From contig OZ024743.1 in the NCBI GenBank assembly GCA_964016885.1, forward strand, positions 306,218,001-306,282,000: a DNA stretch of 64,000 bases. The letters run 5' to 3'. Source of the stretch: Eledone cirrhosa. Its lineage: Eukaryota. The notes under the pieces were generated by a model. That model searched no databases and had not been told where the DNA came from. It saw nothing but the letters and a program-made list of their open reading frames with translations. Position numbers and translations under genes: made by a program. This document shows positions 42,781 to 56,233 of the stretch, in pieces. How positions within the stretch are numbered: position 1 is the first letter of the stretch; the number at the start of each line of letters is the position of its first letter.

Positions 42781-43196
42781 ACTAATTTTTATTATTTTCT
42801 TAGCTTTGCACAGTGAATATTGCAATCACTGGATCTTCTACTGCCTGTTGCTTTTTCTACAAGTATCTTGGACTGTACTTTCTTGAGTATACGATTAGTA
42901 CGAAACACGTTCAGTCTTTTGTAGGAAAGATAGAGATCTGTGATTTGAAGTCTGCTTAACTTATGAACACACAGTTATATAATCGCCTTTTATTCACAGT
43001 TGTATATAAACATCACGGGCGCTCTATCTCAAAATTATTTTTGAAAAGCTATTAGAAATGCGCAACCGGTAAAAACTTAAAACTAAAACTGAATACTAAC
43101 CAATACTTATTACTAATTTATACTTATTCCTAATTAAACTATTAAACTATTTTTCACTGGGAAAACTGTCAGCATTTTCTTTTATATATATATATA

Positions 43197-43392
43197 ACGG
43201 AGGAAATGTGGTAAGGAACCAGGTGGACCATAACACACCAAAGTACTCAATACTTAGGGTAGTAGAGTGGGTAATAGGAACGAGTAGGACCCCGACGGCT
43301 GAGCTCAAGCCGTTTCGACGGCTAATTCTGGACTCAGAATTAGCCGTCGAAACTGGCTTGAGCTCAGCCGTCGGGGTCCTACTCGTTCCTAT
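43197..43392. mobile_element. Fold-back HHR-half element in (TA)n
   Basis: Arms 43275-43330 and 43335-43391; GAAACGGCTtgagctcAGCCGT-C-GGGGTC. Confidence 0.85.
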
Positions 43393-43545
43393 ATATATAT
43401 ATAATACAGCCAATTTTCCACGCAATACTAGTAGTTAGCACCCCGAACGCATAATTGGGAATATAATCACTTATTTCCTAATGTTTGTTGAGTGAGTTGG
43501 AATTTGGCCGGAGTATCGCTAAAAAGCTTTCTCCGATATTGTATT

Positions 43546-43799
<254 letters not shown>

Positions 43800-43964
43800 G
43801 AATCCACCTGGTTGTGGTGGGGCTGATAACGTTGTTAGAACTCGATGCAGCCTAGGAATGTCGGTTGCTGCCAGTATTGGCAGTGTGACCAGTAGTTCGT
43901 TCTTGTGGTAGGTGATCACCGCCTAAGGTATCCTCAAAGAAAATCAGTCCAGGTTACAGAGTCA

Positions 43965-44065
43965 TTTAAATACACGTGTTTCAACAATAAATACAGAAGT
44001 CAGATGTAGGTAGATAGTTAGTTAATTGAGCTAACTCTCTACTTACACCTGTTTTTATTCTTCAA

Positions 44066-44066
<1 letters not shown>
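43965..44066 (-). ncRNA. Hammerhead-like motif with very long stem II
   Basis: Minus: TTGAAGA, hairpin CAGGTGTAAGTAGAGAGTTAG/CTAACTATCTACCTACATCTG, GAAA-CACGTG-TA; stem I 5' strand absent. Confidence 0.45.
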
Positions 44067-44147
<81 letters not shown>

Positions 44148-44202
44148 GTGAGGTGTTTTTTACAAAATGAAAAATAACCGAGGTGTCCTACACGAGTGAA
44201 AG

Positions 44203-45066
44203 TATAAAGAAAAAGAGATGAAATCGAAAATGCAACTGGAGTCTTATTTTTTTTTTAAATATATATATTTATTTGGTTCCTTTACCGGTTCCGCAGTTCT
44301 TCTGCTTTTCAAAAGGTGAGTTGAGATGGAGGGTCTGTGGTTTTTCTCACATCTGGTTGGTCTCTGAATGTTACTTGTTTTATATGGGAAAAGTGGCTCG
44401 AAATGCCAGGTTTTTCGAGAAGTAATTTGATTGGTTTGTCAATAATTATAATAAATTTCGCGCCAGTTCGCGTTACAATAGTTCTTCAAATAAGAAGGGG
44501 GAGTGTCACAGGTTGTTTTTTCATATACGAGTGTTTGAATTTCTTTTTACTTGAAAAAAGGGGCTCACGAAGGCTTTTTTTTTGGTTGGTTATAAATGAA
44601 ATTATGGCTGTCACGTGAACAAGTTTTCATTAAATTTTCGTGTCCTTCTTTGTTCACGTGACAGCCATAATTTCATTTATAACCAACCAAAAAAAAGCCT
44701 TCGTGAGCCCCTTTTTTCAAGTAAAAAGAAATTCAAACACTCATATATGAAAAAACAACCTATGACAACCCCCCCCCCCCTCTTATTTGAAGAACTATTG
44801 TAACGCGAACTGGCACGAAATTTATTATAATTATTGACAAACCAATCAAATTACTTCTCGAAAAACCTGGCATTTCGAGCCACTTTTTCCATATAAAACA
44901 AGTAACATTCAGAGACCAACCAGATGTGAGAAAAACCACAGACCCTCCATCTCAACTCACCTTTTGAAAAGCAGAAGAACTGCGAAACCGGTAAAGGAAC
45001 CAAATAAGTATATATATATTTTTTAAAAATAAGACTCCGGTTGCATTTTCGATTTCATCTCTTTTT

Positions 45067-45073
<7 letters not shown>
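44203..45073. mobile_element. Large fold-back insert, ~420-bp arms and ~27-nt spacer, each arm with an outward-facing HHR-like motif
   Basis: 44203-44622 vs 44650-45073; CCTT-TTGAAAA-GCAGaagaaCTGC-GAAA-CCGG-TA-AAGG at 44960-44997. Confidence 0.88.
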
Positions 45074-45104
<31 letters not shown>

Positions 45105-45141
45105 CCCGCCCGTCCCGTCAATCTATCTTATTTCTCATTCT

Positions 45142-45179
45142 TTCTTCTGAAGAAGGACAAGCGTCCGAAACGTTAAGAA
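45142..45179 (+). ncRNA. Minimal type I hammerhead ribozyme
   Basis: TTCTT-CTGAAGA-a-GGACaagcGTCC-GAAA-CG-TT-AAGAA; palindromic AACGTT. Confidence 0.85.
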
Positions 45180-45514
45180 CCTCTTCCTGCTATATCAAGC
45201 GTTAACCTAATATATCCCTTCCATATACTGTACCGATTCTGTTGTTATTTCTGTTTACCCTTTACATACATATATATATATTTCGTTGACAAATATATCA
45301 ATATGCCCAGACATGCAAATATATTGCCAACCATCCATATAAGTTCTTGGTGTAATTTTAAATTTTTAAATTTTTAAGACATTTTATGACATTATGTGCA
45401 TCATGTATTCTGTCTTTTTCCATATAGCGCTGGCCTCCCCCCCCCCCCTTGCTGGTCCTTTAACTTTGTTCTGGTGACGCAGCTCGATGGAGCATGCAAC
45501 TTCTGATATACTCA

Positions 45515-45577
45515 TGTTTATAGGCTCAGATGATTCCTGCCATGGTGTATGGATGAAACACTGTTAGCTAATAAACA
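45515..45577 (+). ncRNA. Degenerate hammerhead motif (core CAGATGA)
   Basis: GTTTATaGGCT-CAGATGA-tTCCtgc..gtatGGAt-GAAA-CAcTG-TT-AGCTaATAAAC. Confidence 0.55.
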
Positions 45578-45609
45578 ATGTATTTCTAAGCACTCTTTGG
45601 TTATTCCTA

Positions 45610-45667
<58 letters not shown>

Positions 45668-45670
<3 letters not shown>

Positions 45671-47524
45671 CACCTCGACAACCCACTCCACCCCCCACCC
45701 ACCAACCACGAACTTGACACTAAACTACTCAGGTTGAAACATTCTATCTCTAACATCCTTTCCCAACACACACACACACACACTAAACGCAACCTCACCA
45801 ATGCACAATTTAATACTCTCACCAACCTAAGATCCAGGAACCTTGTGTACCTTCCCTCTGACAAGGGGAAAGAATTCTGTGTCATCTCGAGAGAGACCTA
45901 CAACAACTTAGCTCTCCAACATCTTAATGACCACAGCCTCTACTCGAAAGTCACAGGGACCTCCTCGACTCTAATCGAGGAAGGCATTAACACCATATGG
46001 ACTAACATCTGTGTCCAACGAAAACTGCCAAAGAAGGTAAAAAACAACATAATGACTCGAAACAGAAAACTACCCACCTTCTACCACCTGGTTAAAACAC
46101 ATAAACAAGGACCCGATTTGAAAATCAGGCCCATTGTCTCTAGCGTGGAGGGCCCACTCTACAAAATATCGTGGCTGCTCTCCACACTACTGAAACCCAT
46201 TCTACACACACTACCAGCCCACGTCTGCAGCTCAAAGGAGGTCTTGGAGCGACTACACCATCTGGCGCCCAACACCAGAAAGGACAACGGTTATGCCTTC
46301 AGTCTTGATGTGGTCGCCCTTTATACCTCCGTACCAGCATCCCCAGCTGTCGACCTGTTGACCGAACGAGTCCGAGCATCTAACTTACACTGCTTCGGAC
46401 TCACACACACGGACATCCACCAACTCCTCTCCTTCGTTGTGGATAATGCACTCTTCAATTTCCTCGGCCACACGTACAAACAAATCTCTGGGCTACCTAT
46501 GGGCTCTAGTCTGTCCGGCATACTTGCGATTTCGTACATGGACCACCTGGAACGCAAGGCACTCAATACCTGCCAACCCAACGCCGTCGCCTTCTACTCC
46601 AGATACGTTGATGACATCCTGATACTTACTTCTTCCCGGGAGATGGCGAATGAAATTCACCAAATCTTCAACGATACTGACCATCACGTCGATTTCACCT
46701 TCGAACACCCAGGAGAAGACGGGTCACTCGCCCTCCTCGACTTCCGTATCAACATCTCGGAAGAAGGAGACATAAACACCACCTTCTACCGCAAAGCAGC
46801 GTGCAAGGACTTATTTGTGCATTACAACTCAGCCCTCCCCAACAACGCTAAGAGAGGCTATGTCCTAAATGAACTGACACGGATCACTAACAGATGCAGC
46901 GACCCGATGGGTGGTCTCACCCATACCACGCAATTCCGTAATCTACTCAGATCTAATGGTTATCCCAAGCGACTGATTAACGGAATTAGAGACCCCAGAC
47001 CCAATAGACAGACACCCACTAGAAACTTAAATAAAAGCAGGTGCTTCTTTAAAATCCCCCACCTGAGTGAATATACCACGAACGCCATCCGCAGGGCCAT
47101 ACGGACGGAGGGACTTGACATACATTTGGCCCACACAGGACCTTCGCTGCGAAGATGCCTCTCCAACAAACCCGACGAGTCAGATGGGACGTGTTCCCTC
47201 AGCAAATGCCCGATACGGGGGGCAGATTGCCTACGCACCTATGTCGTATATAAGATTCAATGCGATAAATGTAACAAGTTTTACATAGGTAGCACCATCC
47301 GACCCCTACATGTTCGTATCAAGGAACATATCAACACCAACGCATCTTCCTTCCGTAAACACATCCTTAAATGCGGAAACCCACAGGGTAGACCCTTGGT
47401 CACAGTCCTAGCGACTGAACGCAGCATCGGATCCTTAAGGATAAAGGAAGCACTTGTTATTAAGAACCTCAGACCCCCACTTAACAACCGGGCTGAGAGA
47501 AATGAGCTGACATGGCTAACTTAA
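45668..47524 (+). CDS. Penelope-like element ORF: reverse transcriptase + GIY-YIG endonuclease, 5'-truncated
   Basis: SDKG, KTHK, IRPIVS, SLDVVALYTSVP, GLPMGSSLS, RYVDD, FYRK; then VVYKIQCDKCNKFYIGST..RIKEH..EAL..LN. The frame stays open upstream of the called 45734 start back to the (TA)n junction. Confidence 0.96.
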
Positions 47525-48127
47525 CCATAGTGACCATTCACAGCCTACGGCCTGCTATCTTCACACACACGCACGTATATGCATACCCATACGCATACAC
47601 ACACACATCTATATTTATACACGCACACATGTTTTTACAGCCTACCACCTCTCACACCCTTTGATTTCCAGCTTCTACAGCCCACTATCTTTCACACACA
47701 CACGCACTCACACATATACACACACAGTTACACACACATGTATACCCATACGCTTACACACACACATCTATATTTATACACGCACACATGTTTTACAACC
47801 TACCACCTTTCACACCCTTTGATTTCCAGCTTCTACAGCCCACTATCTTTCACACACACACACACTCACACATATACACACTTACACTTATACACACACA
47901 GTTACACACACATATATATTTACACACACATATTTTACGGCTTTCACACGCTAGCGCACCCTCTTGATTTAACCCATTTGGCCAGTAGCTTTTGCCACAG
48001 CCTATCACGCGCACGCGCATTCTTTCCCTCGTTTAAATTTTAAATAATTTTCTCCCCATAACGGCATTCCTGTCTTAACGACATCACAACTTTCTCCGCT
48101 TGGCCTGTTCCCCCCCTTTTGGAACTT

Positions 48128-48163
48128 TCCCCCGTTGATGGGCGTTAGCCCGAAATATTGGGA
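48128..48163 (+). ncRNA. Variant hammerhead motif in the Penelope 3' region (core CCGTTGA)
   Basis: TCCC-CCGTTGA-t-GGGCgttaGCCC-GAAA-TA-TT-GGGA. Confidence 0.65.
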
Positions 48164-48445
48164 TTAAATCTCCACTACGGTAACCCTTCTACCTTTGTTT
48201 TGTTTTCATCTTTGTCTCTCTCAATTTTCACTTTCTCCTGTTTCTCCTATCTATTATTCACTTCCTACCTCGAGATTTCCCTCTGCATTGTTGTGGCTTT
48301 CTTAACTACGTATTTTACACATTTCACAATGCTTCAAGCAAACTTTAACACCCTCTTATATATATTTATATATATATATGTACATACATACATACATACA
48401 TACATACATACATACATACATACATACATACATACATACATACAT

Positions 48446-48988
48446 GGTGGCTGCCAACTCGTTTTCGAGTACGGCCACTACTTTATATTCATGTAGGAGA
48501 AGCCCTACCGATGCGCTGAACGAGTGTGACTTTTTAGTCCAGCCAGCGACTTGAAAATTCTGGTACAAACACTACACTTGTCACAATTATTGACACATAG
48601 TGCTGGGCCCATGGTACCATGTGACGACAAGTGCAGAGAGATCTCCAGATATAAAGCAATGCCTGTGCCGTGAAGCTTTTATAGTGAGCAAAGGCACTGC
48701 ACAAAGCCAGTCCCACTCTCTTAACCAAGATGATATTTACCAAAAAGAAAAACAAGTCAACATCATTGGATACCATCAGGGTTGCAGGTGTTATATCAGA
48801 GTTTTCCTTCTCCTAGAATTCTGCCTTGACAAAGGCTAAGGGGTCATCTCTCCCGGTGATTTTGGATGGCCATTGACTCTTAAGAGCTCCTTTGCCCTTT
48901 GACAGGTTTTGTTTTTAGTCCTGCAGGATGTCCAAAGTCACCCTCCTCACCAAGAAACCTTGGTGGGGTTTCCAGTTTAGTCGCCAAC
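48446..48988 (-). mobile_element. 543-bp non-autonomous retroelement with (ATGT)n tail, copy 1
   Basis: Reverse complement of 56234-56776 with few differences; no credible ORF. Confidence 0.88.
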
Positions 48989-49106
48989 GATCCGACCATT
49001 AGACAGGTTGTACTGGGATACATGTTACCAGTAGCACCAAGTGGTGACCTGACATACATACATACATACATACATACATACATACATACATACATACATA
49101 CATACA

Positions 49107-49137
<31 letters not shown>

Positions 49138-49149
49138 GATGTGATTGCT

Positions 49150-49680
49150 AGAACCATCTAAAGCGCACTTAGGAAAACAAGATTAAAAACAAATGATGAG
49201 GAATATGATGAGATAGATGGCACTTCGGAATACTGGTGGAACCTGAAAATAAAAACTGCCACCAAATTAAAGCACAACCGGCCTGATATTGTTGTTTGGG
49301 CCCACACATTGAAAACGTGCTCTGTTGTACAGATCAGCTGCCCACTTGATGTCAACGTTGTAACAAAAATACAGGAGGAGGACACCTACGGGCCATTGAT
49401 GAGGAGTTTGCAGATCCAGTATCCAAGATACACCTTCAGCTTCCCACCCATCATTATTGGAGCTACAGGTTATATACCAACCCGCATGGACCAAAGAATG
49501 ACTGAACTTGGATTTGTGGACAAAGAGCGCAGCTCCCTAATTCACAGGCTACAAATGGCACCTTCATAATTTGCAAAACATTCTTGCGATTCAAGGGATG
49601 ACAATTTCTTTTCTTTTACAACCTTACCACCAGGATGGTGGCCGGTCAAAAATGTACTCGAGATTATGAGAAAGTGAGAC
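49150..49680 (+). mobile_element. R4/Dong-like family B 3' fragment
   Basis: Aligns with 22832-23377; ends in ACATACATAC. Confidence 0.88.
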
Positions 49681-50315
49681 ATACATACATATGTGTATGT
49701 GTGGAAATATGTGTATACATACCTACATACATACAGATATAGAAAGAAACATAGCGATAGATTATATACATCTAGTATGACTATATGCAAGATATAAAAT
49801 ATACAATGAACAAGTATAAGTAACAAGACAGACAGGGTGATGAAAGATGATGACTTGCCAAAGTATATGGGAAAGAAAGAAAGGTAAGTTATAGGAATAA
49901 TGAAGACAAAAAGACGAGAAGAAAACCGACTCCTATACGAAGAAGCTTTAACATATTAACATCTTTAACAGTAGCGAAGAGTACGATTAAAGCCGCAAGG
50001 TCGGAGATGGGCCGTGTCCAGGAAAACCAATAACTTATGAATATCAAGTCGTATTTAAAATATTTCAATAGATCTTAATACTGCTCCCATGTGACTTTGT
50101 AACGTACATGCAGAAACACAGATACACATACACGACCATACAAACAAACATACATACATACATACATACATACATACATACATACATACATACATACACA
50201 CATACATTCATACACACACAAAAGACCATACTACATACATACATACAAACGTTTGAATGTAGGGATGGACTTATGTATTTGTATGTAATACACATATACA
50301 CACACATACATATAC

Positions 50316-50390
<75 letters not shown>

Positions 50391-50876
50391 TGTTTGTGCG
50401 TGTATACAATAATGATAATTGCGAAGAATCAGCATATGATGTAGATATTTATAATTCATTTATAATTCATTCAGAATCTGCCGTAATACATATTTCTGTG
50501 GCGTTCATGATTACGTAATGCTGTCATCATGCAGGCAACAACAAGACTTCTTCAGACAGCATCAATTGAAGACGGTTTCTTCTGACATACATACATACAT
50601 ATACGTACATACACACATACATGCATACATACATACACACATACATGCATACATGCATACATATTTGATGGCAGCAATTCGATTTCAAGTAATGCCATCG
50701 CTTGATACTTAAGCATGAGTATCACGGACGTGGCTCTTTAGTCTTGCTAGGGACTTGTCTATGGCCAGCAATACCATGCATCGCGAAAAATGTCACATAT
50801 AAAGCGATGCCTGAGTTTGAAAGTTTTTTGAAGTGAGGAAAGGCTTTTCATGGGGCCAATCTCATTCTCTTAACAT

Positions 50877-53558
50877 CGAATGGCCCCATCCCAGAAAGAC
50901 ATAGATTCCTTTTGGAGAAAAATATGGGGTGGAAAGAAGAATTTCAACCAAGATGCAGTGTGGCTAAACGAAATCCGAAAGAACTATTGCTCCTACACTA
51001 CAACAAAAACATACGAAATAAGTGAGGGTGCCCCTGAGACTGTGATAGGAAAACTCCAAGATAAGAAAATACCAGGAAGAAACATGATTGTCGGCTACTG
51101 GTACAAAACAACTGATATTCTAGCGGAGGTATCTTACTGACCTCTACCAACAAGTTCGTAAGGGAGATACACTTATACCAGAATGTTTGACATTAGCACA
51201 ACCATTACTGGTCCCCAAGAACAAAGTCACCCACTTGGCAAAATCTACCGACCCATTGCATGCCAGAACCTGATGTATAAGATGTATACAGCCTGCCTGA
51301 ACCTATTCCTCCAAGATCACTATGAAAATAATAACATCATCACAAATGAACAAGCAACTGGAAAGAAAGGGGTTTGGGGATGTGCTGAACAACTCCTAAT
51401 CAACAAAACTGCGATGTCAGAGGAATATGACTACAGTCTAGCTGGACTACAAGAAAGCTTTCGATTCTGTTCCCCACTCTTGGATGATAGAGGCCCTCCA
51501 GCTTGCTAAAGTCCCAGACATTATTATCAGAGCCATAGAGAAGCTGTCTTCTTCTTGGGCTACTATCCGAAGGTTAAAGACAGAGAAGGAGGACTCTATT
51601 TTCACTGATAAAATAAAATATCAGGGGTATATTTCAGGGAGACAGTCTCTCTGTGATATTATTCATCCTGTCATTAAACCCCTTGTCCTTTCTACTCAAG
51701 AAATGTGAAGGATACATTGGCTCACAGGAGGACAGAAATACGAACCTAACCCATAATTTCTTTGTGGATGATCTGAAACTCTATGCCAAGAACATGGATG
51801 GGATGAAGAAAAATCTTGACCTGGTTACAACGTTCTCAAAGGATATAGGAATGGAGTTTGGCCAAGATAAATGCTCATATATGACTGTAAAGCGGGGAAA
51901 AACAACAACCCAATCTAGCAACATTGTCATCATTAGTCTAACTGTTTCACCGATATCTGATGAGGACTGCTACAGATACCTGGGGATAGATGAGAACATA
52001 TCCTATAATGGTATCTGTAATAAGGAACGCGTAACCAGGGAATACAACACTTAAGAAAGATTTGGTCATCGGAACTCTCTACGCAAAACAAAACAGCGGC
52101 TCACAATGTGATTGCTGTGCCTGTCCTAACACTAACGTTTGGAATACTCAATTGGACGATAGACGAAATCCGAGCAGTTGATGTTAGAACTCGAAAAATA
52201 CTAAACAACACCGGAAACTTCCACATCAACAGTGACATAGACCGCCTTTACTTGAAACGTAGGCAGGGAGGCAGAGGCCTAACATCAGTCCAGACAGCAT
52301 TTGAATGTAGCATCATATCTCTCCGACAATATCTACGAACCTCGAAGCGTAGGAGCCCGTCTCTCGAGAAAGTCTATCTGCATGAAACAGATAAGATCAT
52401 GAGAGTTGGGAAGGAACTCCTCGAGAGATATTCCATGTGTGATAATCAAAAACTCACACACAGGGAAGTCGCTCAGCAGTATCGCAGTGAAACCATGGAT
52501 GAAAAGCTGCATGCTTATCAGCAAAAAATCATGCATGGATATGTTGCCAGGAAGCGCCAGAGTGAGAGTAATATAGATAAGGAAAGTAGTCTATCTTGGA
52601 CCAACAACCGCTATATTGGCTCCCACTTTGAAGGATACGCTTTTGCAATCCAAGAACAGGAAATTAACACGAAATACCTGATTCACAAAAGAGATAGGGA
52701 TGCAGCAAAACACCTAGATGTGATAATAAGTGCAGACTCTGCAGAATTAACATCGAAGACGTCACCCATGTCATCGGCAGCTGTCCAAATATGTCATCGC
52801 GGTACTATCTACCTATGAGGCATGATGTAGTGGGCAAAACACTGTACAATGCAATCCGTAGAAAAGATAGCCCCAATAATAAACACATTAAAAGCTACAA
52901 CAATGTGGAAGACATCCATGTACATAATATGAAAGAGTACTGGTGGAATGTTCCAGTAAAAACCCCAATAAAATTCAGGCATAACAGACCAGATATTATG
53001 ATATGGGACAGGGAAAAGAAAGCTTGCACAGTAATGGAAATTAGCTGCCCAGCAGATGCCAATATAATATCAAAGATTAGCGAAAAGGAGAATATTTATG
53101 CAGAACTGATGAGAAATCTGCAGATACTCCACCCTGATTACACCTTCAGATTTATGCCTGTGATTATTGGGGCACTGGGGTATGTTAGTAACTGCCTCAC
53201 TACAAATCTTGAGAAGCTAGGCTTCACAGGAACAGACAGAACACAACTAGTTAGGAAATTACAAGTACAATCCATTAATGAAACAGTAAAAATATGTAAA
53301 ACATTCCAAAAATGTTGCATCTAATAACTGTATATATACATGTACAGATACAAAGCATATACACATGCACACATACAACTCAAAATATACACATCCACAC
53401 ATACAATAACATCCATATCTACACATGCATGCAGACATGCATACATAATCTACCTAGTTGATGTTGTGTAAATTCCAATGAGAGAGTCTTGTGTCTATGT
53501 TAGAAACCGACTCTCTCTCTATTGGTAAAAATTTGTAAAATTATATAACCAGAAGAAC
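50877..53558 (+). pseudogene. R4/Dong-like RLE LINE family A, frameshifted 2.7-kb copy (RT + zinc knuckle + RLE)
   Basis: Fragments: YRPIAC, DYKKAFDSVPH (manual), FFVDDLKLY, IGMEFGQDKC, YRYLG, RLYLKRRQGGRGL, AIQEQEI, RHD, HNRPDI; (ACAT)n tail. Confidence 0.93.
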
Positions 53559-53881
53559 ATACATACATACATACATACATACATACATACATACATACAT
53601 ACATACATACATACATACACGTCATGTTTAAGGCCAACTGGTGTTCTGAGCACAGCGCACCAAAGGTGGTCCTGTGACCATTTCATTACCTAAATGACAA
53701 GACATCTAATTTGAAGAAAATGCCTACTGTGTTTAAAGACCCAACAAGGGTTGATTTGAAATTGAAGAGACTGTAAGTTTGTTAGATGGATGTATAACTG
53801 GAGATTGCAATCCTTGAAGAATGTGAAGGCTTTCTACAAAACTGATTAATGCGTCTTTCTCTCGCTCTCTCTGAATATATG

Positions 53882-53933
<52 letters not shown>

Positions 53934-54415
53934 CGTGTGTGCGTGTGTGTGTGTGTCTGTGTGTCTGTGTGTGTGCGTGTGTGCGTGTGTGTGTGTGTGT
54001 ACATTTATTTAAAACACACACTCACAGACTCACCGACACATATATATACATTTACATACATATATACATTCACAAATACATCTATATACATGCATGTATG
54101 TATGTATGTGTGAATGCATCTATGTATGTATGTATGCATGTATCGGTGTCTTAACTTCATCAAAAGCAAGGAACTTCAATGTTTCCGTTTGGCCTTTGTT
54201 AAGTTCACTGATCAAGTTATGTTGAGCAACCATCCAGGATATATAAGTATATATTGTGATGGATTATGCAAGTTAGCTATGTCGGCCATATCCATGTTTG
54301 GGGCTGATATTACATGGTGATCTAATCTTCTGCACATCTCTGATAGTAAGCATATGTTCTAGCAACGCTAATAGCCCTCTGTATCTATCTCATTCTCTCT
54401 CTATCTATCCGTTTA

Positions 54416-54467
<52 letters not shown>

Positions 54468-54667
54468 ACGAAGGAAATGTGGTAAGGAACCAGATGGGCC
54501 ATAACGCACCAAAGTACTCAATACTTAGGGTAGTAGAGTGGGTAATAGGAACAAGTATGACCCCGACGGCAGAGCTCAACCCGTTTCGACGGCTAATTCT
54601 GGACTAGAATTAGTCCAGAATTAGCCGTCGAAACGGGTTGAGCTCTGCCGTCGGGGTCATACATGTT

Positions 54668-54670
<3 letters not shown>
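54468..54670. mobile_element. Fold-back HHR-half element in (TA)n
   Basis: Same family as 43197; centre CTGGACTA-gaat-TAGTCCAG. Confidence 0.85.
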
Positions 54671-54731
<61 letters not shown>

Positions 54732-54898
54732 GGGAGTTTGAGGGTGGGGAGAAAGGAATGGGTAAGAGAGGGTGGAAGCGCGCGAAAGCGAGAGAGTCGT
54801 ACCTTCGTACCTATATAAATATAATGATTTTCTTCACTGCTCACCTTTATATTGTAGCCACACGTACACGCGCATTTACGTGCTCACACACACTCACT

Positions 54899-54931
<33 letters not shown>

Positions 54932-54932
<1 letters not shown>

Positions 54933-55345
54933 CTTGGACACTGACCAAGAAACTCACTCAGATGGTGGATGGGTTTTACACTTCTACACGAGAATGCTAA
55001 GGATGGCTCTGAAAATTAATCAGTATACAACTGAGGATGAAGATCTTAGAGCTGTACGGGAACCTCCCAAAATTCAGCTCGAAAGTAACACACCGAAGAC
55101 TGGGGTTAGTTGGACATGCTCACCGACATTCAGAGTTGACATTGCACTCAATTGTCCTGTGGGACCCCATACACGGACACACTAGAAGTGGAAGACCTAG
55201 GATGACATATATTGATGCCCTAAGGACAGACTGGTCTCTGTGAGCCGCAGGACATGGTGGCGATGATAAAGGACAGAGAGTGCTGGAGAGAACTCGTCCA
55301 TGGATCTCGGGAATTTTACCCGTCCTAGATATAGATATAGATACA
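54932..55345 (+). mobile_element. RTE-clade LINE 3' fragment with TAGATA-type tail
   Basis: WTLTKKL..DGFY..RMLRMAL, ELYGNLPK, RRLGLVGH, VLWDP.HG..SGRPRMTYID. Confidence 0.85.
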
Positions 55346-55422
55346 TATGTAGTTTTCCGAGTTGTGTCGGAGGGTCAAAAAGCTACTCAATATGTTGGTA
55401 GAGAATAGGCATCTTTATTAAA

Positions 55423-55541
55423 TATATAAATGACTTCTATAAGACTCTCACTGTTTCATTCGTATGAAATCACCAGGATATTCCTGATGATTTCATACCA
55501 ATGAAACAGTTCCAGTCCAGTATAAGAAGTCATTTATATAT
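55423..55541. mobile_element. Small fold-back insert centred just upstream of a CTGATGA..GAAAC..GTC motif
   Basis: CTGTTTCATTCGTATGAAATCACCAGGA-tat-TCCTGATGATTTCATACCAATGAAACAG; stem II weak. Confidence 0.6.
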
Positions 55542-55550
55542 ATATATATA

Positions 55551-55916
55551 ACGAAGGAATTGTGGTAAGGAACCAGATGGACCATAACGCACCAGAGTAC
55601 TCAATACTTAGTGTAGGAAATAGCAAAAAGTATGACCCCGACTGCAGAGCTCAAGCCGTTTCGATGGCTATTTCTGCCGTCGGGGTCATACTTTTTCCTA
55701 TATATATATATATATATAGGAAAAGGTTCAGGACTCCGACGGCAGAGCTCTAGCCGTTTCGACGGCTATTTCTGGACTCCAGAAATAGTCGTCGAAACGG
55801 CTTGAGCTCTGCCGTCGGGTACCTGAACCTTTTCCTATTACCCACTCTACTACCCAAAGTATCGAGTACTCTGGTGCGTTATGGTCCACCTGGTTCCTTA
55901 CCACACTTCCTTCGTT
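55551..55916. mobile_element. Two fold-back HHR-half elements in opposite orientation separated by (TA)n
   Basis: 55551-55698 (internally deleted) and 55718-55916; same family as 43197. Confidence 0.82.
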
Positions 55917-56233
55917 ATATATATATATACACACACGCACTTTCTCACTCACCCACACGCATGTATTAACATGTGTCCTTAGTCCATCATCTCTATAGGT
56001 TTCACAGACGCTGTAAATATGTAAATTCATAATATCAGATACGATGTTTGATGTATATATTTACGTCTATGTTTGTCTGTTTGTATGTATGTATGTTAGA
56101 CATGGCCTGGGCCAATACTGGCCGAACCCTCTCAAATTTATATAAGTTAAGTTATGTATGTATGTGTATATATTTATGTATGTATGTATGTATGTATGTA
56201 TGTATGTATGTATGTATGTATGTATGTATGTAT

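Larger units (their letters stand above)
45668..48358 (+). mobile_element. Penelope-like retroelement inserted in (TA)n, with ~830-bp 3' region
   Basis: ORF plus a 3' region with a ~170-bp direct duplication (about 47560-47900) and a variant HHR; TA tracts on both sides. Confidence 0.85.
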
